Origin: Mobula hypostoma
Lineage: Eukaryota
Assembly: GCF_963921235.1 (NCBI RefSeq)
Contig: NC_086108.1
Span: 81,284,001-81,348,000 of the forward strand
DNA length: 64,000 nucleotides
Direction of reading: 5' to 3'
Both the position numbers and the translations under genes were made by a program. Shown here piece by piece: positions 62,640-64,000 of this stretch; the stretch's first letter is position 1; every line of letters begins with the position of its first letter. The notes under the pieces are model-generated. The model was not told the DNA's origin. It searched no databases and worked only from the letters and a program-made list of their open reading frames with translations.

Positions 62640-62770
62640 TAGTGGAGTTTACAGATTCTCCCCGTGACTCTGAGGACTTCCTCTAGGGGCTATGATTTCC
62701 TTGTATGTACCCAATTCCTGCTGATTAGTAGTTAACTGGCCAGAGAAAATTTCCCTCACTGTAAATGAAT
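62640..62770 (+). mobile_element. V-SINE-like remnant
   Basis: gtggagtttacagattctccccgtgac...ggggctatgatttcc...ttaactggcc. Confidence 0.55.
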
Positions 62771-63329
62771 CAGAGTATTAATAGGAAAAAAATTGGTGAT
62801 GGGGATGTTTAGTGGATAGATGAAATTCATAGACTGAGATGAATAGCTTCCCTCCTTGGCATAATAAAATACAGAAATAAGAAAATCAAGTGAAACTAAC
62901 AGTAAGATGTGGGATGGGGTGTGTCATTACACTCTCTATGATGGTGACACAGAGGTTTCCACCATTCAGCTGCTCATATTGGTTCACGGTATTTCTGCAA
63001 CCCTGCTTCTCATAACTTGGGAGTCACTTCTCAGCAAGGACGGATACCATCGATAAACTTCAGAGTGCCAGCACAACTGTGCCCTGATGATGATAAAAGT
63101 GCATGAAGAATAAGATTTCAAACCTGACCTCAGGTTCATAGAGAAGTAATGATCCCATGATCCTGTATGCTTTAGAGGCATAGACAACACAGACCAGGCA
63201 CCACAGGCACTGGAAAAGTAGCGCTAAAGTGCCCCAACCGAATCTCTTAAATCTGCTGGAAGGGCAAATCAATATAATCACTAACACCGTAGAAATCAAT
63301 AATACCAGTGTTGTTGGTAAAATTTCAGA

Positions 63330-63985
63330 TGGTGAAGAGATAATGGAGTCTAAATAGCAACTTCATCATTAGCAAGATCAAGGAACTGACTATGAAGTTC
63401 AGGAAGGGGAAGTCTTGAGAGCCTGCACCAGTCCTTATTGAGGCTCCAGTGCTGGAAAGGGTGATCAGCTTTAAGTTCCTGGGTGTCAAAGTATCAGAGG
63501 ACTAATCCTGGACCCAACACATTGATGCCATGATGAAGAGGGCACACCAGTGTCTATACTTCACTAGAAGCTTGAGGAGATATGTGTATCACCAAATACT
63601 CTTATAGGTTTCTACACATGTACAGTGGAGAGCACTATCACTGTTTGCATAACAGCCTGGCATGGAGCCTGCAATGCACAGATTGGCACAGGGTTATGGA
63701 CTCAGCCACCTCAACCATGGGTACAACCTCCCTATTATCAAGGACACCTCCAAGAGGTGGTGCCTCGAGAAGGCAGCATCCATCATTCGGACCCTCAGCA
63801 CGTCGGACATGCCCTTTTCGCATTACTACTTGTCAGAGAGGGGCTGAGATGCAGGAGACAAAAACCCACGCTTAATGATTTAGGAATGGGTTCTCCAACT
63901 CCACCATCCGATTTCTGAATGGTGCATGAAACCATGAATGCTACCTCATTATTCCTTGCTTTGCACTTTATTTTTGTGGAATTTG
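63330..63985 (+). mobile_element. Degenerate Rex1/Babar-like LINE 3' part
   Basis: agctttaagttcctgggtgtc (SFKFLGV), ESTITVCITAWHG, IIKDTSKRWCLEKAASII. Confidence 0.85.
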
Positions 63986-64000
63986 TTGCCACAGGAGGCC

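Overview
This is eukaryotic, AT-rich, transposon-dense vertebrate DNA with no host protein-coding gene that I can recognise, so it is probably intronic or intergenic. The repeat repertoire (CR1, Rex1/Babar, RTE and L1 LINE fragments, Penelope-like element (PLE) termini, V-SINE-like heads, Tc1 and hAT DNA transposons) suggests a cartilaginous fish, probably a ray; that assignment is an inference. Nearly every recognisable ORF in the track is a retro- or DNA-transposon remnant. Highlights: (1) a family of PLE termini carrying minimal type I hammerhead ribozymes, with two core-intact copies (25767-25804 + and 36552-36589 -) and several decayed ones; (2) a ~670 bp PLE inverted repeat inserted as one unit; (3) a complete but inactivated 3.0 kb hAT transposon with TIRs and an 8-bp TSD; (4) several nested insertions; (5) a ~6.8 kb island almost free of repeats (11420-18195) that looks like constrained regulatory sequence. 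I found no prokaryotic-type system, rRNA, tRNA gene or CRISPR array. Family assignments rest on recalled motifs, not database searches, and boundaries of decayed elements are approximate.
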